Below are positions 30,926-40,715 of a stretch of DNA of 64,000 nt, in pieces; the first letter of the stretch is position 1; each line of letters begins with the position of its first letter. The position numbers and the translations under genes were made by a program. The notes under the pieces were generated by a model that had not been told where the DNA came from, ran no database searches, and saw nothing but the letters and a program-made list of their open reading frames with translations. This DNA comes from Candidatus Magasanikiibacteriota bacterium (GTDB lineage: Bacteria > Patescibacteriota > Patescibacteriia > Magasanikbacterales > GWA2-37-8). The stretch lies in NCBI GenBank assembly GCA_036744835.1, contig DAIOHD010000001.1, positions 547,910 through 611,909 of the forward strand. Direction: 5' to 3'.

Positions 30926-32158
30926 TTATTTATATTTCGGATGTTTCTGATTTGCCATGTTCACCGGACTGATTTCGCGCAATAATTTCACAATTTCCGG
31001 TAAATATTTCATCATGTAATCAATATCTTCTTTGGTGTTTTCTTTTCCAAGTGAAAAACGTAAACTACCGTGGGCATATTCATAAGATAATCCAATAGCT
31101 CGTAATACATAAGAAGGTTCCAAAGATTCTGAAGTACACGCCGAACCAGTAGAACACATTATGCCGTATTCATCCAAATAAAGTAACATGGCTTCGCCTT
31201 CCACATCTTCAAACGTAATATTTACGTTGTTGGGTAAACGATCATCCCCTATTTGTGGCCCATTGAGTCTAACTTTGTCTATTTTTTTACTAACTTGTTG
31301 CCATAAATAAGCGGATAATTTACGAACTCGCGCAGATTCTTTTGGGCCGGATTTTTGCGCTAATTCTAAAGCTTTAGCTAAACCTATAATTCCCGAGACA
31401 TTTTCCGTACCTGCGCGAACCTTTTTTTCTTGTGCACCACCAAAAACAAGTGGTTTGATTTTTACACCGCGACGAACGTATAAAACACCCGTTCCTTTGG
31501 GGCCATAAATTTTACCACCATTTATAGTCATCAGATCTACATGTAGTTTTTCGGTGTCCAAATTAAGATAACCGGCCGCCTGGCAAGCATCGGTATGAAA
31601 ATAAGGATAAGCGGTTTTATTTTCTTTGCGATATCGCAAAAGTTCACGACCAATTTCAGCTATCGGTTCAATCGTGCCGATCTCATTATTGGCATACATA
31701 GTAGAAATCAAAATGGTGTCCGGTCGAATCGCTTTAATAATATCTTTGGCGGAAACTTTTCCTTCTTTATCAACTTTGACATAAGTGATTTCAAAACCTT
31801 GTTTTTCCAATTCTTCCAGAGGGTGCAGGACGGCATGATGTTCAATGGAAATAGATATAATATGTTTTCCAATACTTTTATGAGCTTGGGCAATACCGAA
31901 AATCGCTAAATTATCCGATTCTGTACCGCTGCCGGTGAAAATAATATTTTCAGGAAGCGCATGAATAATTTCAGCCACGGTTTTACGAGCCAACGAAATA
32001 GCCGATTGTGCTTCTCGGCCAATTTTATATAAAGATGAAGGATTACCAAAAACATCCGTAAAATACGGCATCATGCTTTTAACCACTGTTTTATCAACCG
32101 GAGTGGTCGCAGCATGATCAAGATAAACTTGACGGATTTTTTTTGGTTTAGATAACAT
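30926..32158 (-). CDS. nifS: Cysteine desulfurase (NifS/IscS)
   Basis: PLP-dependent class V fold. SLGKEN near the C-terminus and an active-site Cys region. Confidence 0.9.
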   Translation of the reverse strand: MLSKPKKIRQVYLDHAATTPVDKTVVKSMMPYFTDVFGNPSSLYKIGREAQSAISLARKTVAEIIHALPENIIFTGSGTESDNLAIFGIAQAHKSIGKHIISISIEHHAVLHPLEELEKQGFEITYVKVDKEGKVSAKDIIKAIRPDTILISTMYANNEIGTIEPIAEIGRELLRYRKENKTAYPYFHTDACQAAGYLNLDTEKLHVDLMTINGGKIYGPKGTGVLYVRRGVKIKPLVFGGAQEKKVRAGTENVSGIIGLAKALELAQKSGPKESARVRKLSAYLWQQVSKKIDKVRLNGPQIGDDRLPNNVNITFEDVEGEAMLLYLDEYGIMCSTGSACTSESLEPSYVLRAIGLSYEYAHGSLRFSLGKENTKEDIDYMMKYLPEIVKLLREISPVNMANQKHPKYK

Positions 32159-32197
32159 AACTTTATTAAAAAATTGAAAGATTTAAAGATTGCAAGA

Positions 32198-32587
32198 TTA
32201 CAATTGAGTAAGTTTAGTTTTTGATAAAATTTTCAAAATATCATCATTAATTTTTTTCATTTTATCTTTTAAACAACATTTAATATTTTTACATTTTTTC
32301 GTCGCGCAATAACAAGGTAGTACGGCGCAACCACCCTCCATCGCTACGATAATATCTTTTAGCGAAATTTCTCTAGCAGATTTTGCCAAAGAATAACCTC
32401 CGTTTACTCCGCTAGTAGCTTTTATCAATCCAACTAAACGCAATTTACGCGCAATTTTTTGCAAAAAAAGAAATGAGACACCGGATTGTTTGGCAATATC
32501 TTTCAAGCTAATACAATATTTCTTGTCTTTGGGGACAAGTTTTAATAGTTGAATAGCATAATCGGTTTCTTTATTCAAAGTAAACAT
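32198..32587 (-). CDS. Rrf2-family transcriptional regulator (IscR-like)
   Basis: Rrf2 helix-turn-helix plus a Cys cluster (CYCATKKC). Heads the nifS-nifU-fdx operon. Confidence 0.75.
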   Translation of the reverse strand: MFTLNKETDYAIQLLKLVPKDKKYCISLKDIAKQSGVSFLFLQKIARKLRLVGLIKATSGVNGGYSLAKSAREISLKDIIVAMEGGCAVLPCYCATKKCKNIKCCLKDKMKKINDDILKILSKTKLTQL

Positions 32588-32588
32588 T

Positions 32589-33173
32589 TTAAAAAGGTAA
32601 CGTATAATTTACATTTTTTAAATTTGATTTTTCAACAGTTCTAGAAAAATCTACAGCAAAAGGCAAAGTTTCTCCAGCTAAGTTTTTATAAAATAATTGT
32701 TTATTTTCTCTACCAAAATCATACAATTCCTTGGTGACTCTTACATCTTGTTCACAATATTTTTTTATTTCATCAATTTTTCCTTCTTTCCACCATTTGA
32801 TAGCCTGTAAACCATCAGCGCTTTTGGTAACATTATCCAGCGTTGCCTCGGCCACATCAGCCAATTTCAATCTAATTCCTAAACTTTCTTTGATTTTTTT
32901 CAATAAATCCAAGCTTGGTAAATTTAATAAATCACCCAAATAATAATTGTTCAAAACAGGTAAATCAAAATGTTCGCTGTTATACCCTATCAACCTATCG
33001 GCTTTTTCCAAAATTGGCCAAAGCTTGGGCAGTTCACTTTCGGTAAAACTCTGATAGGTGTCGGTCGCATAACTATAAATAGAAACAACGGAAACTTTCA
33101 ATTTTTTAAAATCATTTTCCACTTCCGCAAAAGTGTTTTGGGTTTCGATATCAAAGACTATTTCATTTAACAT
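32589..33173 (-). CDS. DEDD-family 3'-5' exonuclease-like protein
   Basis: VFDIETQ, YNSEHFDLPVL and a C-terminal Y/H-xxxD pattern. Confidence 0.5.
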   Translation of the reverse strand: MLNEIVFDIETQNTFAEVENDFKKLKVSVVSIYSYATDTYQSFTESELPKLWPILEKADRLIGYNSEHFDLPVLNNYYLGDLLNLPSLDLLKKIKESLGIRLKLADVAEATLDNVTKSADGLQAIKWWKEGKIDEIKKYCEQDVRVTKELYDFGRENKQLFYKNLAGETLPFAVDFSRTVEKSNLKNVNYTLPF

Positions 33174-33239
33174 AATAAATTCAAAAAATATTATAATATT
33201 GTAATATTATAATATTTTGATTAAATTTTGTCCATCTAC

Positions 33240-33467
33240 TTATAAATTAAGTAAGCGGTCAATTTCCGGTTTATCAAAACCAATAATAATATTACTATCA
33301 ATTTCTACTACTGGCACACCCATTTGACCAGATTTTTCTACCATCTCCTCCGCTTTGGCCTGATCCTCGGCTACATTATAATCGTTGAAATCAACACCTT
33401 TGCTTTTAAGATAGTCTTTGACCATGTGGCAATAAGGGCATGTTGGGGTGGAATATATGTTAATCAT
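33240..33467 (-). CDS. Glutaredoxin/NrdH-like thiol-disulfide protein
   Basis: CPYC active site. 75 aa. Confidence 0.65.
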   Translation of the reverse strand: MINIYSTPTCPYCHMVKDYLKSKGVDFNDYNVAEDQAKAEEMVEKSGQMGVPVVEIDSNIIIGFDKPEIDRLLNL

Positions 33468-33481
33468 ACAAATAAATAATT

Positions 33482-33603
33482 AACTCAAAAGTCAAAGGTC
33501 AAAAGTCAAAACTTTGGTGTCCCAATTAAATCGGGACGAATTTTATTATAGATATTGCGAAGCAATACAATAGTTTTGAGATTTGCGTTTTGAGATTTGA
33601 GAT
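33482..33603. repeat. MITE-like element copy 3 (short core)
   Basis: aactcaaaagtcaaaggtcaaaagtcaaaac | ggtgtcccaattaaatcgggac..attgcGAAgcaat | ttttgagatttgcgttttgagatttgag. Confidence 0.6.
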
Positions 33604-33605
33604 TT

Positions 33606-34730
33606 TTATATCATACTAATATCGTATGATATAACTTCGGTTTTGTCAAGTGTGGATAAGTCCAACCTCTTTTCTAGCTCCTCTACTTTCTCTTTTTTGG
33701 CTCTAGTTTGAGGGTGAGCCGCTACAAATAAACTACAACAATCTTCATACGGCCGATTGGAAATATCTAGTGTTCCTATTTTACGAGCCAATTTAACCAC
33801 TTCAACTTTATTACTTCCCGACAAAGGATTAAGTTTAAGAATATCAGTCCCGGCATAAACCGCACTGAGATTTTCTAGTGTTTGTGAAGCGACTTGACCC
33901 AGACTGTCCCCTGTCACCAGTCCTAAATATTTTTGTTTTTTTGCCACTTGTTGTGAAATTTTAAGCATCAACCGACGTGTAATGAGCATACGATAATCTG
34001 ATGGTATTTTCATCACAATTTGTTTTTGCCAAAAGGCAAACGGTACAATATAGAGTTTGCTTGTGATTTGATAAGCGCAAAGTTTTTTTACCAAATCAAA
34101 AATCTTTTCCGAAACTTCTTGGGTCACTTCTGTTTGATTTTGAAAGTGTATAAAATCAACTTGGGCCCCGCGCTTCATCATCGTATAAGCGGCCACCGGA
34201 CTGTCTATACCACCGGATAACAAACATAATAATTTTCCCGAAGTTCCGGTCGGCAATCCGCCTATCCCATCAATATCATTACCGCAAACATAAGTTTCTT
34301 CTTTAGTTATAAAAATAGAAATTTTAATATCAGGATTTTTTAAATCAACTTTTAAACCAAATTTTTTTCCCAAAATTCCGCCTATTTTTCCGCTTATCTC
34401 TTGTGATTTATAAAGAAATTTTTTATATGACCGCATAGTTTCTACGGCAAAAGTTAACCCAGAATAATTTTTAAAAACTTTTTTGGCCACTTTAGCGATT
34501 TCATCTAAATCGTTTTTACAAACTATAACCGGAGAAATTTTGGCAATACCAGGAATAAGTTCTAACTGTTTTTGTTTTTCTTCATCAATATCTAAAAGCA
34601 GACCGCCTTCGGTCCGCTTGATAATGGTGGGAGAAAGAAGTTTTTTTAAATTCTCTCGCAAGGCATCAAAAAACATTTTTTGGTTGTTGCCTTTGAGGAA
34701 AATTTCGTCGACTCGGAGATAAAAAAGCAT
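33606..34730 (-). CDS. thiI: tRNA uracil-4 sulfurtransferase ThiI
   Basis: THUMP region plus the PP-loop LLSGGIDSPVAAY. Confidence 0.8.
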   Translation of the reverse strand: MLFYLRVDEIFLKGNNQKMFFDALRENLKKLLSPTIIKRTEGGLLLDIDEEKQKQLELIPGIAKISPVIVCKNDLDEIAKVAKKVFKNYSGLTFAVETMRSYKKFLYKSQEISGKIGGILGKKFGLKVDLKNPDIKISIFITKEETYVCGNDIDGIGGLPTGTSGKLLCLLSGGIDSPVAAYTMMKRGAQVDFIHFQNQTEVTQEVSEKIFDLVKKLCAYQITSKLYIVPFAFWQKQIVMKIPSDYRMLITRRLMLKISQQVAKKQKYLGLVTGDSLGQVASQTLENLSAVYAGTDILKLNPLSGSNKVEVVKLARKIGTLDISNRPYEDCCSLFVAAHPQTRAKKEKVEELEKRLDLSTLDKTEVISYDISMI

Positions 34731-34862
34731 AATGACTCAAAAATATCAAATGACAAATATCCAATTTCCAATCAAGTTCAAAATCGAAATGTCAAAATTT
34801 GTAATTTGATATTTTTTATTGATTTGACATTGGATATTGGAAATTTGAAATTATAATAATAT
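34731..34862. repeat. AT-rich palindromic spacer (tttccaat/atattggaaatt words)
   Basis: aatatccaatttccaatcaag...gacattggatattggaaatttgaaatt. Confidence 0.5.
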
Positions 34863-36110
34863 TTATTTGATTTTTTTTAATAATTCTTCAAACTTTACTA
34901 TTGCAGATTCTTCACTATTTCTAGCCTTTACTTCAACCCCTCCCTTTTCCATGGTTTTTTTGGAAACAACAACTCGATATGGCAAACCTATAAGATCAGC
35001 GTCAGCTAATTTTTCTCCGGCAGAAGCATTTTCTCTGTCGTCATACAAAACTTCGATATTTCTTTTCAATAACTCCTGATAAATTTTTTCCACTTCTGTT
35101 TTACTTTCTTCTTCTTTACCTAAAGACATCAAATGAACTTTATAAGGAGCTACACTTTCTGGCCAGATAATACCTTTTTCATCATTATATACTTCAACAA
35201 TAGTCCCCATGATACGAGAAGGGCCGATGCCATAACATCCCATTTGTGCGACTTGTTGCACCCCTTTTTCATCCTGATACAAAAACTTAAACGGCGTGGT
35301 AAATTTATCCATTAATTTAAAAATATTACCAACTTCTATAGCTTTTTCTTCTTTAAGATCTTTATTACCGCATTTTGGACAAACACTTTGCTCATTGGCA
35401 ATTTCTTTATTAACCGCCACTTGGCATTTTTTACAAACATAAATAGTGTCTTCGCCAGATTGCGCCAAAGTTTGATATTCATGGGAATATTTGGAAAATG
35501 CACCACCAGAAGCATAAGTCAAAATCGTCCGACCACTTCCTAAACCTAAACGGTCATAAACTTGATAATAAGATTTAATAACTTCTTCATAATATCTATT
35601 TAAATCTTTTTCGTTTGCATGAAAAGAATACATGTCTTTCATGCGAAATTCTCTGCCCCGTAAAAGCCCGGATTTAGCTCTAGCTTCATTGCGAAATTTG
35701 GTCTGAATCTGATAAGCACAAGCTGGTAAATCCTGATAAGAAAAAACAAATTTTTGCACCAATGGAGTGACAACTTCTTCATGGGTCGGATTCAAAACAA
35801 TTTTTGATTCCCCGGCTCCGGAAGTATGATAAAAAACATCAGCCAAAGTTTTATCGCGTCCAGTGATTTCATAGCTTTCTTCCAAAGTCAAAGCAGGCAT
35901 CAAAATTTCATTTCCTCCAGCTTTATCCATTTCTTCACGAATAATATTTTCAATTTTATTAAGTACTCTGAGTCCAAGCGGTAAAAAAACATAAACCCCA
36001 GCCATTTGTTTGGTAATAAATCCGGCTTGGGTCAAAAGTTTAGCATTAATACTATCAGCATCAGAAACAGCAGTTTTGCTAGTTTTGGTAAAAAGTTGAG
36101 AAAATTTCAT
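34863..36110 (-). CDS. proS: Prolyl-tRNA synthetase, short form without an editing domain, with a Cys4 ribbon insertion
   Basis: N-terminus aligns with bacterial ProRS (AKLLTQAGFI.., LPLGLRVLNKIENIIREEM). CKKC..CPKC insertion. Anticodon-binding C-terminus. Confidence 0.8.
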   Translation of the reverse strand: MKFSQLFTKTSKTAVSDADSINAKLLTQAGFITKQMAGVYVFLPLGLRVLNKIENIIREEMDKAGGNEILMPALTLEESYEITGRDKTLADVFYHTSGAGESKIVLNPTHEEVVTPLVQKFVFSYQDLPACAYQIQTKFRNEARAKSGLLRGREFRMKDMYSFHANEKDLNRYYEEVIKSYYQVYDRLGLGSGRTILTYASGGAFSKYSHEYQTLAQSGEDTIYVCKKCQVAVNKEIANEQSVCPKCGNKDLKEEKAIEVGNIFKLMDKFTTPFKFLYQDEKGVQQVAQMGCYGIGPSRIMGTIVEVYNDEKGIIWPESVAPYKVHLMSLGKEEESKTEVEKIYQELLKRNIEVLYDDRENASAGEKLADADLIGLPYRVVVSKKTMEKGGVEVKARNSEESAIVKFEELLKKIK

Positions 36111-36373
36111 ATATTAAGTTAATAAATGTTTTTTCGTTTCACTTATTATAAATGTTTTATCGTTTCGCTTGTTCCATTGCAACAATTAGAACATTTACAA
36201 CAATTAAAACTTCTCGGAAATTATACTAAAATAACCTACTTTTGTCAAAAAACCTTAAAAAATTTTACTCTAAATTATACCAATATTTAAAACTGCTTTA
36301 TTTGACGAAATCTAAAATAAATCATACACTTTATACAGCACCTTAACATTTTTCCTTTACAAGGGAGGATCTC

Positions 36374-37060
36374 ATGAAAGGAAACAAAAGACAAAAGCTG
36401 ATCCAATTTATTCTCAAAAAAGAAATGGGGATTTTGGATCTTGCCGAAACACTACCCTTGCCGGAACTAGGCAATCTCGGACAAAAAATTCAAAAAGCTG
36501 TGTCTTTGATCAAAAAACAAACGGACAAAAAACTCGGAACAAAATTAAGAAATGATGAAGAATTTAAACATTTTATCCGTAGAAGATGGATACATCGTAT
36601 CCCTCTGTTTCCTGAACAAGAGAAAGAAAATTCCACCTTAATCATCACTGGTTCGTCTGATTTTAGAAGTCTGATTGGACTGGGTATTAACACCGATTTT
36701 GTTATTGCTTATGGCGCAGGAGGTATGGCTTGTTTTACCGGCTGTGGCATAAGTAAACAAAGTGTTTATGGAATTATCAATGAAGAAGTGAAAAAATTTC
36801 TTCTCAACAAAGGAATCGACAAAATTTTTTTGGTAAGCTCTTATCCTCTCTCTGCTTCCTTAAAAGCAGGCCTGGAAGACCCAGGATATTGGGAAATAAG
36901 AAACTGTATAATTTGGCTTGCACAAGCCAAAGAATTTATGGTTGGTCTCAACCCCGATTTCCAAATATTTTCTTTTCTGATTTATAACCACAATTTATGT
37001 TTGGTTAATCACCAAAAAGTTCTCTTGGAAAAGACGAAATACAAAAATACAGGTACATAA
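36374..37060 (+). CDS. Hypothetical protein
   Basis: GGGAGG RBS 8 nt upstream. Followed by the bidirectional terminator at 37068-37097. No recognisable domain. Confidence 0.4.
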   Translation: MKGNKRQKLIQFILKKEMGILDLAETLPLPELGNLGQKIQKAVSLIKKQTDKKLGTKLRNDEEFKHFIRRRWIHRIPLFPEQEKENSTLIITGSSDFRSLIGLGINTDFVIAYGAGGMACFTGCGISKQSVYGIINEEVKKFLLNKGIDKIFLVSSYPLSASLKAGLEDPGYWEIRNCIIWLAQAKEFMVGLNPDFQIFSFLIYNHNLCLVNHQKVLLEKTKYKNTGT

Positions 37061-37067
37061 AAAAAAC

Positions 37068-37097
37068 AGCCTCGTTTAATTGCGAGGCTTTTTTATT
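37068..37097 (+). terminator. Intrinsic terminator, possibly bidirectional
   Basis: agcctcgTTTAATTgcgaggct followed by ttttttatttt. Confidence 0.6.
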
Positions 37098-37133
37098 TTT
37101 AAATTAAAAAAAGCGGAATTTCTTCCGCCATGT

Positions 37134-37586
37134 TCACGAAGAACAATATTTTTTTATTTCAAAAGTAGCTTTTTCTATTAAACCTTCAATGCCCTTAATA
37201 TTCGGCTCAAATTCTCCTAAAATTTTTTCACTAAAACTATCTTTAAGAATTATTTTGCCTTGGATAATTTTAACCTTCAAAATTTCACGCTCTTCTTTCT
37301 CTTCCACTTCATAAAAAGAAGGGAATAAATTCTTTTTAAAAATTTTGAACATATTTTTCAGATGAGAATCTTTATTTAGATCAAAAACACCGTGACAAAA
37401 ACCATCTGATTTCTGGGTCATACTTCCAACAACCCCACCAGCTTTAACATCTTTTAGTGATTCCCAAACAGCAACATCTCTCTGGTGATAAACAAAAATC
37501 CATTTATTGTTTTCACCGTCAGCAAAAAAAATTTTCTTTTCTTTGTGGTTATAAAACATCCCCACCATCGGCAACACAACTGACAT
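37134..37586 (-). CDS. Hypothetical protein
   Basis: 150-aa ORF. No recognisable motif. Confidence 0.35.
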   Translation of the reverse strand: MSVVLPMVGMFYNHKEKKIFFADGENNKWIFVYHQRDVAVWESLKDVKAGGVVGSMTQKSDGFCHGVFDLNKDSHLKNMFKIFKKNLFPSFYEVEEKEEREILKVKIIQGKIILKDSFSEKILGEFEPNIKGIEGLIEKATFEIKKYCSS

Positions 37587-37704
37587 TGACCACCTCCAAA
37601 AATATAAAAATAATAAGGTACTATCGTAAAAGCTTAACAGATAAAAAATCTTTTGTCAATATTCGCTTAATAAAAAATCGCCCCGCTGTGCGGGACAATT
37701 TTTT

Positions 37705-38157
37705 TTATTTTAAACTCAATTTTTCTTCAAGAAGTTTTTTATAAATATCTTTACGATAAAGTGTACCGATAGGCTTACCATTTTCCATCACTGTCAATCT
37801 ATCAGTGCTACGCGCCAGCATCAATGCTCCAGCTTTGAGTGCTGGCTCATTGGGACCGATAGTAAAAACATCTCGTTTCATAAATACTTCTACCCTCTTA
37901 CTGCGAATTTGCTCGGGTTTGCCTTCTCGCTCTTCAAAATCCGTATACATCTCCGGATTGTCATAATAACTAGTGTAAAAAGGGTAAAGAATACGAAATA
38001 AATCTTTTTCCGAAACAAAACCAACTAATCTTTCATCTTCATCCAAAACAATCGCCCCGCCGGCGTTGTTTTCCTGTAAAATTCTAAATACTTGCTCGTA
38101 AGTGGTGCCGGTGTAAACGGCGAGGACCTTGGGGTCCATGAGATCGCGTACTAACAT
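37705..38157 (-). CDS. CBS-pair domain protein
   Basis: Tandem CBS motifs (VLAVYTGTTYEQV..., VFMKRDVFTIGPNE...). Confidence 0.65.
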   Translation of the reverse strand: MLVRDLMDPKVLAVYTGTTYEQVFRILQENNAGGAIVLDEDERLVGFVSEKDLFRILYPFYTSYYDNPEMYTDFEEREGKPEQIRSKRVEVFMKRDVFTIGPNEPALKAGALMLARSTDRLTVMENGKPIGTLYRKDIYKKLLEEKLSLK

Positions 38158-38202
38158 ATGTTTAAAATTTTAAATTAATTTTCAATTATCCTTTCTTTAA
38201 TA

Positions 38203-38970
38203 TTAACTTATAAATAACCAAAAAACAATAGCTATAATGATACGGTAAACTCCAAAACCCAAAAACGTATATTTTTTAACTAAACTAAGTAAAAACTTAA
38301 TTGATAAAACAGCTACCAAAAAAGCGATAATAAAACCGATAGACAATAAACCAAATTGATCAAATGAAAATGCGGTTGCATTTTTTAGTAAATCATAACC
38401 GGTTGCGGCACCCATAGTCGGAATAGCCAAAAGAAAAGAAAATTCCACTATTACCTGTCTTTTCATTCTTTGCGTCAAACCACCAATGATAGTAGCCGCG
38501 GATCTAGAAACTCCCGGAATCATGGCAATACACTGGTATAAACCGACAATAAAAGATTGTTTATAAGAAATATTTTCCACTTCAGCAATGTCCGTTTCTT
38601 TTTCTTTATACCAAAGTTCAAAAATTATCAAAGCAATGCCGCCAAAAAATAGAGACCGTAAAACTACAGTATTACCAACAAGCATTTGTTTGATAAAAGG
38701 ATAAAAAGTAAAACCCAAAATTGCCGAGGGTAAAAAAGCGATGATTATCTTTTTCCAAATTTCCAAACCGGCAAATAATTTTTTCCAATATAAAAAAACC
38801 ACGGCCAAAATCGCCCCCAACTGTATACTAATTGTAAAAGTAGATAAAAAATCACTATAGGGTATTCGAAGTAAATCAGCAGTCAGAATCATGTGTCCGG
38901 TGGAAGAAACGGGTAAAAATTCGGTAATTCCTTCAACAACGGCAATAATAATCGCATGAAAAAAATACAT
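38203..38970 (-). CDS. uppP: Undecaprenyl-diphosphatase
   Basis: EGITEFLPVSSTGH signature. Confidence 0.85.
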   Translation of the reverse strand: MYFFHAIIIAVVEGITEFLPVSSTGHMILTADLLRIPYSDFLSTFTISIQLGAILAVVFLYWKKLFAGLEIWKKIIIAFLPSAILGFTFYPFIKQMLVGNTVVLRSLFFGGIALIIFELWYKEKETDIAEVENISYKQSFIVGLYQCIAMIPGVSRSAATIIGGLTQRMKRQVIVEFSFLLAIPTMGAATGYDLLKNATAFSFDQFGLLSIGFIIAFLVAVLSIKFLLSLVKKYTFLGFGVYRIIIAIVFWLFIS

Positions 38971-38983
38971 AAAAATATTATTT

Positions 38984-40030
38984 TTATTTTTTTGTGTTAG
39001 TAGCTACTTTTTCTTCAGGCATAGTAGTAGTAGCATCAAACACTACTGGAGTTTCAATTTTTGTTCCATCAACTTCTTTTTTAGCTGAAGCAAAAGGAGA
39101 TTTGTCACAATAAAAATTTATCTCTGTACAGCCAAGCTGGAGCCATTCGTAAATATAACTTGGATCTTCATCTATCGCCATATACACTTGATAAATGTGA
39201 GGAAATTGTTTGAGGGTATTTTCTATTTCTGCCAAAAATTGCGCACTACCGCAAGAACTATTGGCATTTGGTATCAAGGTGCGTAAATCTTTGAGATTAA
39301 CCAGAGCTACATTTTCTACAACTTTTACGCTTCGTAAAATTCGTGCTGTACTACTACTGAAAAAACTTTGAAAACCAGCTTCTACTTGCGCATCATTCGG
39401 GCCAGCAAACAAAACACGCAAAACTTGTTCTTCATAAGGCAAAGTTCCGGAAACAGCCACTTCTACTGGATAAACCAAACGACAATCCAACATTTCCGGA
39501 TTCAACTTATTATTATTGAAAAAAACTTTGAATTTGTTTATTTTAAATTCTTTGCCCGAATCTATTTTGAAACTTCCCAAAACTTCATTGACTCCGCGAT
39601 GTAACATAATAAATTGTTCCATCTGTGGCGAGGTATAAGGATTGTCTAAGGTGCGAATCAAAACAAAAACATAACTGTTAGTATAAGCAAAGACTTGTTG
39701 ATTTAAAACAAGTTCAGCGTTATTTTTATAATTTTGCCAAGTTTCAAAAGGATAAATAGCTAAACGAAAAAGCGGATATTCTTGTCCCGGCAAACCATTG
39801 TATACAAAAGATAAAACTGTAATATCATTTTGTATTTCTTCTATAATACTAAAATTATCAAACCAGCTATCAGGAAAAGAAAGTGAAAAATCATATTTAT
39901 CAGAATAATATTTTTTTTGTGTATAACCTTCCATCTTTTGTAAATCAGTTTGTTTTTGAAAACAACCAGAAAGTACGGTGCCACATATAAATAGTAGTGT
40001 GATAAAAAATAATTGTTTAAATCTTAACAT
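38984..40030 (-). CDS. Lipoprotein with a C-terminal GerMN-like domain
   Basis: Signal peptide with lipobox LSGC. C-terminal region resembles the GerMN / spore-germination domain. Confidence 0.5.
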   Translation of the reverse strand: MLRFKQLFFITLLFICGTVLSGCFQKQTDLQKMEGYTQKKYYSDKYDFSLSFPDSWFDNFSIIEEIQNDITVLSFVYNGLPGQEYPLFRLAIYPFETWQNYKNNAELVLNQQVFAYTNSYVFVLIRTLDNPYTSPQMEQFIMLHRGVNEVLGSFKIDSGKEFKINKFKVFFNNNKLNPEMLDCRLVYPVEVAVSGTLPYEEQVLRVLFAGPNDAQVEAGFQSFFSSSTARILRSVKVVENVALVNLKDLRTLIPNANSSCGSAQFLAEIENTLKQFPHIYQVYMAIDEDPSYIYEWLQLGCTEINFYCDKSPFASAKKEVDGTKIETPVVFDATTTMPEEKVATNTKK

Positions 40031-40112
40031 AGTTCGTATTTTTAAAATATAAAAATATTAAATATTGGTTATTAATACTCTTATTTTAATCTAAAACGAA
40101 TAAAAAGGCAAT

Positions 40113-40715
40113 AAAAAAGGCGCAGCTATGAGAAGCTGCGCCAAGGTACGGTACAAGGTACGATACGAAACAGGACAAAAACAATTCTGATCCTTTGACA
40201 GGGATAAAGGCGAAGACAACAATCTCCGGTAAAAACCCGCTTCAGTAGGACCTTTTTGGCCAGCGTGTTAGCCATCAGGACCTCAAGATTGTTGTTTCCA
40301 AGAACTTGGATTGGAGAGGATAGCCAAGACCACATTACAACCTTACCTCTCAAGCAAGAAAAAGCTATTTAACAGTGGCTTGTATCTTCGCACAAACTGT
40401 AAAATAGCTGGATGTCTCTGCTTAAAAGCTACCGTTTTTAAGAAACGGAGTAAGCTTTACCGACAAACTCGGTAGGTTTAGGCATCACTTACGATACGCT
40501 TGTTGCACTGCTATGACCTAGATGAAGGAAACAGTGCATAGGTTTTTTGATTGCAGCAGATAGAACTGCTAGGTCTTTGTTGGCGACCAAGCCCCTAGCA
40601 CAGATAAAAGAAATTAAGTTGTTTTTTTCTGTGCGAAAAAACACTCCATCTTTCGGATTGCGACCGCTTACCTGTCTGCCAAAGAACATGTTTTCTGTCC
40701 AAAAAAACATAAACA
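40113..40715 (-). ncRNA. Candidate large structured ncRNA (~590 nt), class unresolved
   Basis: GC-rich (~45%) ORF-free island in a ~30% GC genome. Dense hairpins (GCACAGA..UCUGUGC, GGUC..GACC, UGCACUG..CAGUGCA, CCGUUU..AAACGG). A -10 TATAAT lies at 40722-40717. A strong terminator ggcgcagct-atgaga-agctgcgcc plus T-run lies at 40142-40113. Confidence 0.35.

Noticed and set aside
36225-36245. Fourth copy of the TTGAC-N6-GTCAA regulon motif upstream of the 36374 gene (acttttgtcaaaaaacc)
   Set aside because: Only the tttgtcaa half is present. The upstream half-site and a properly spaced -10 are missing, so it is a probable chance match.
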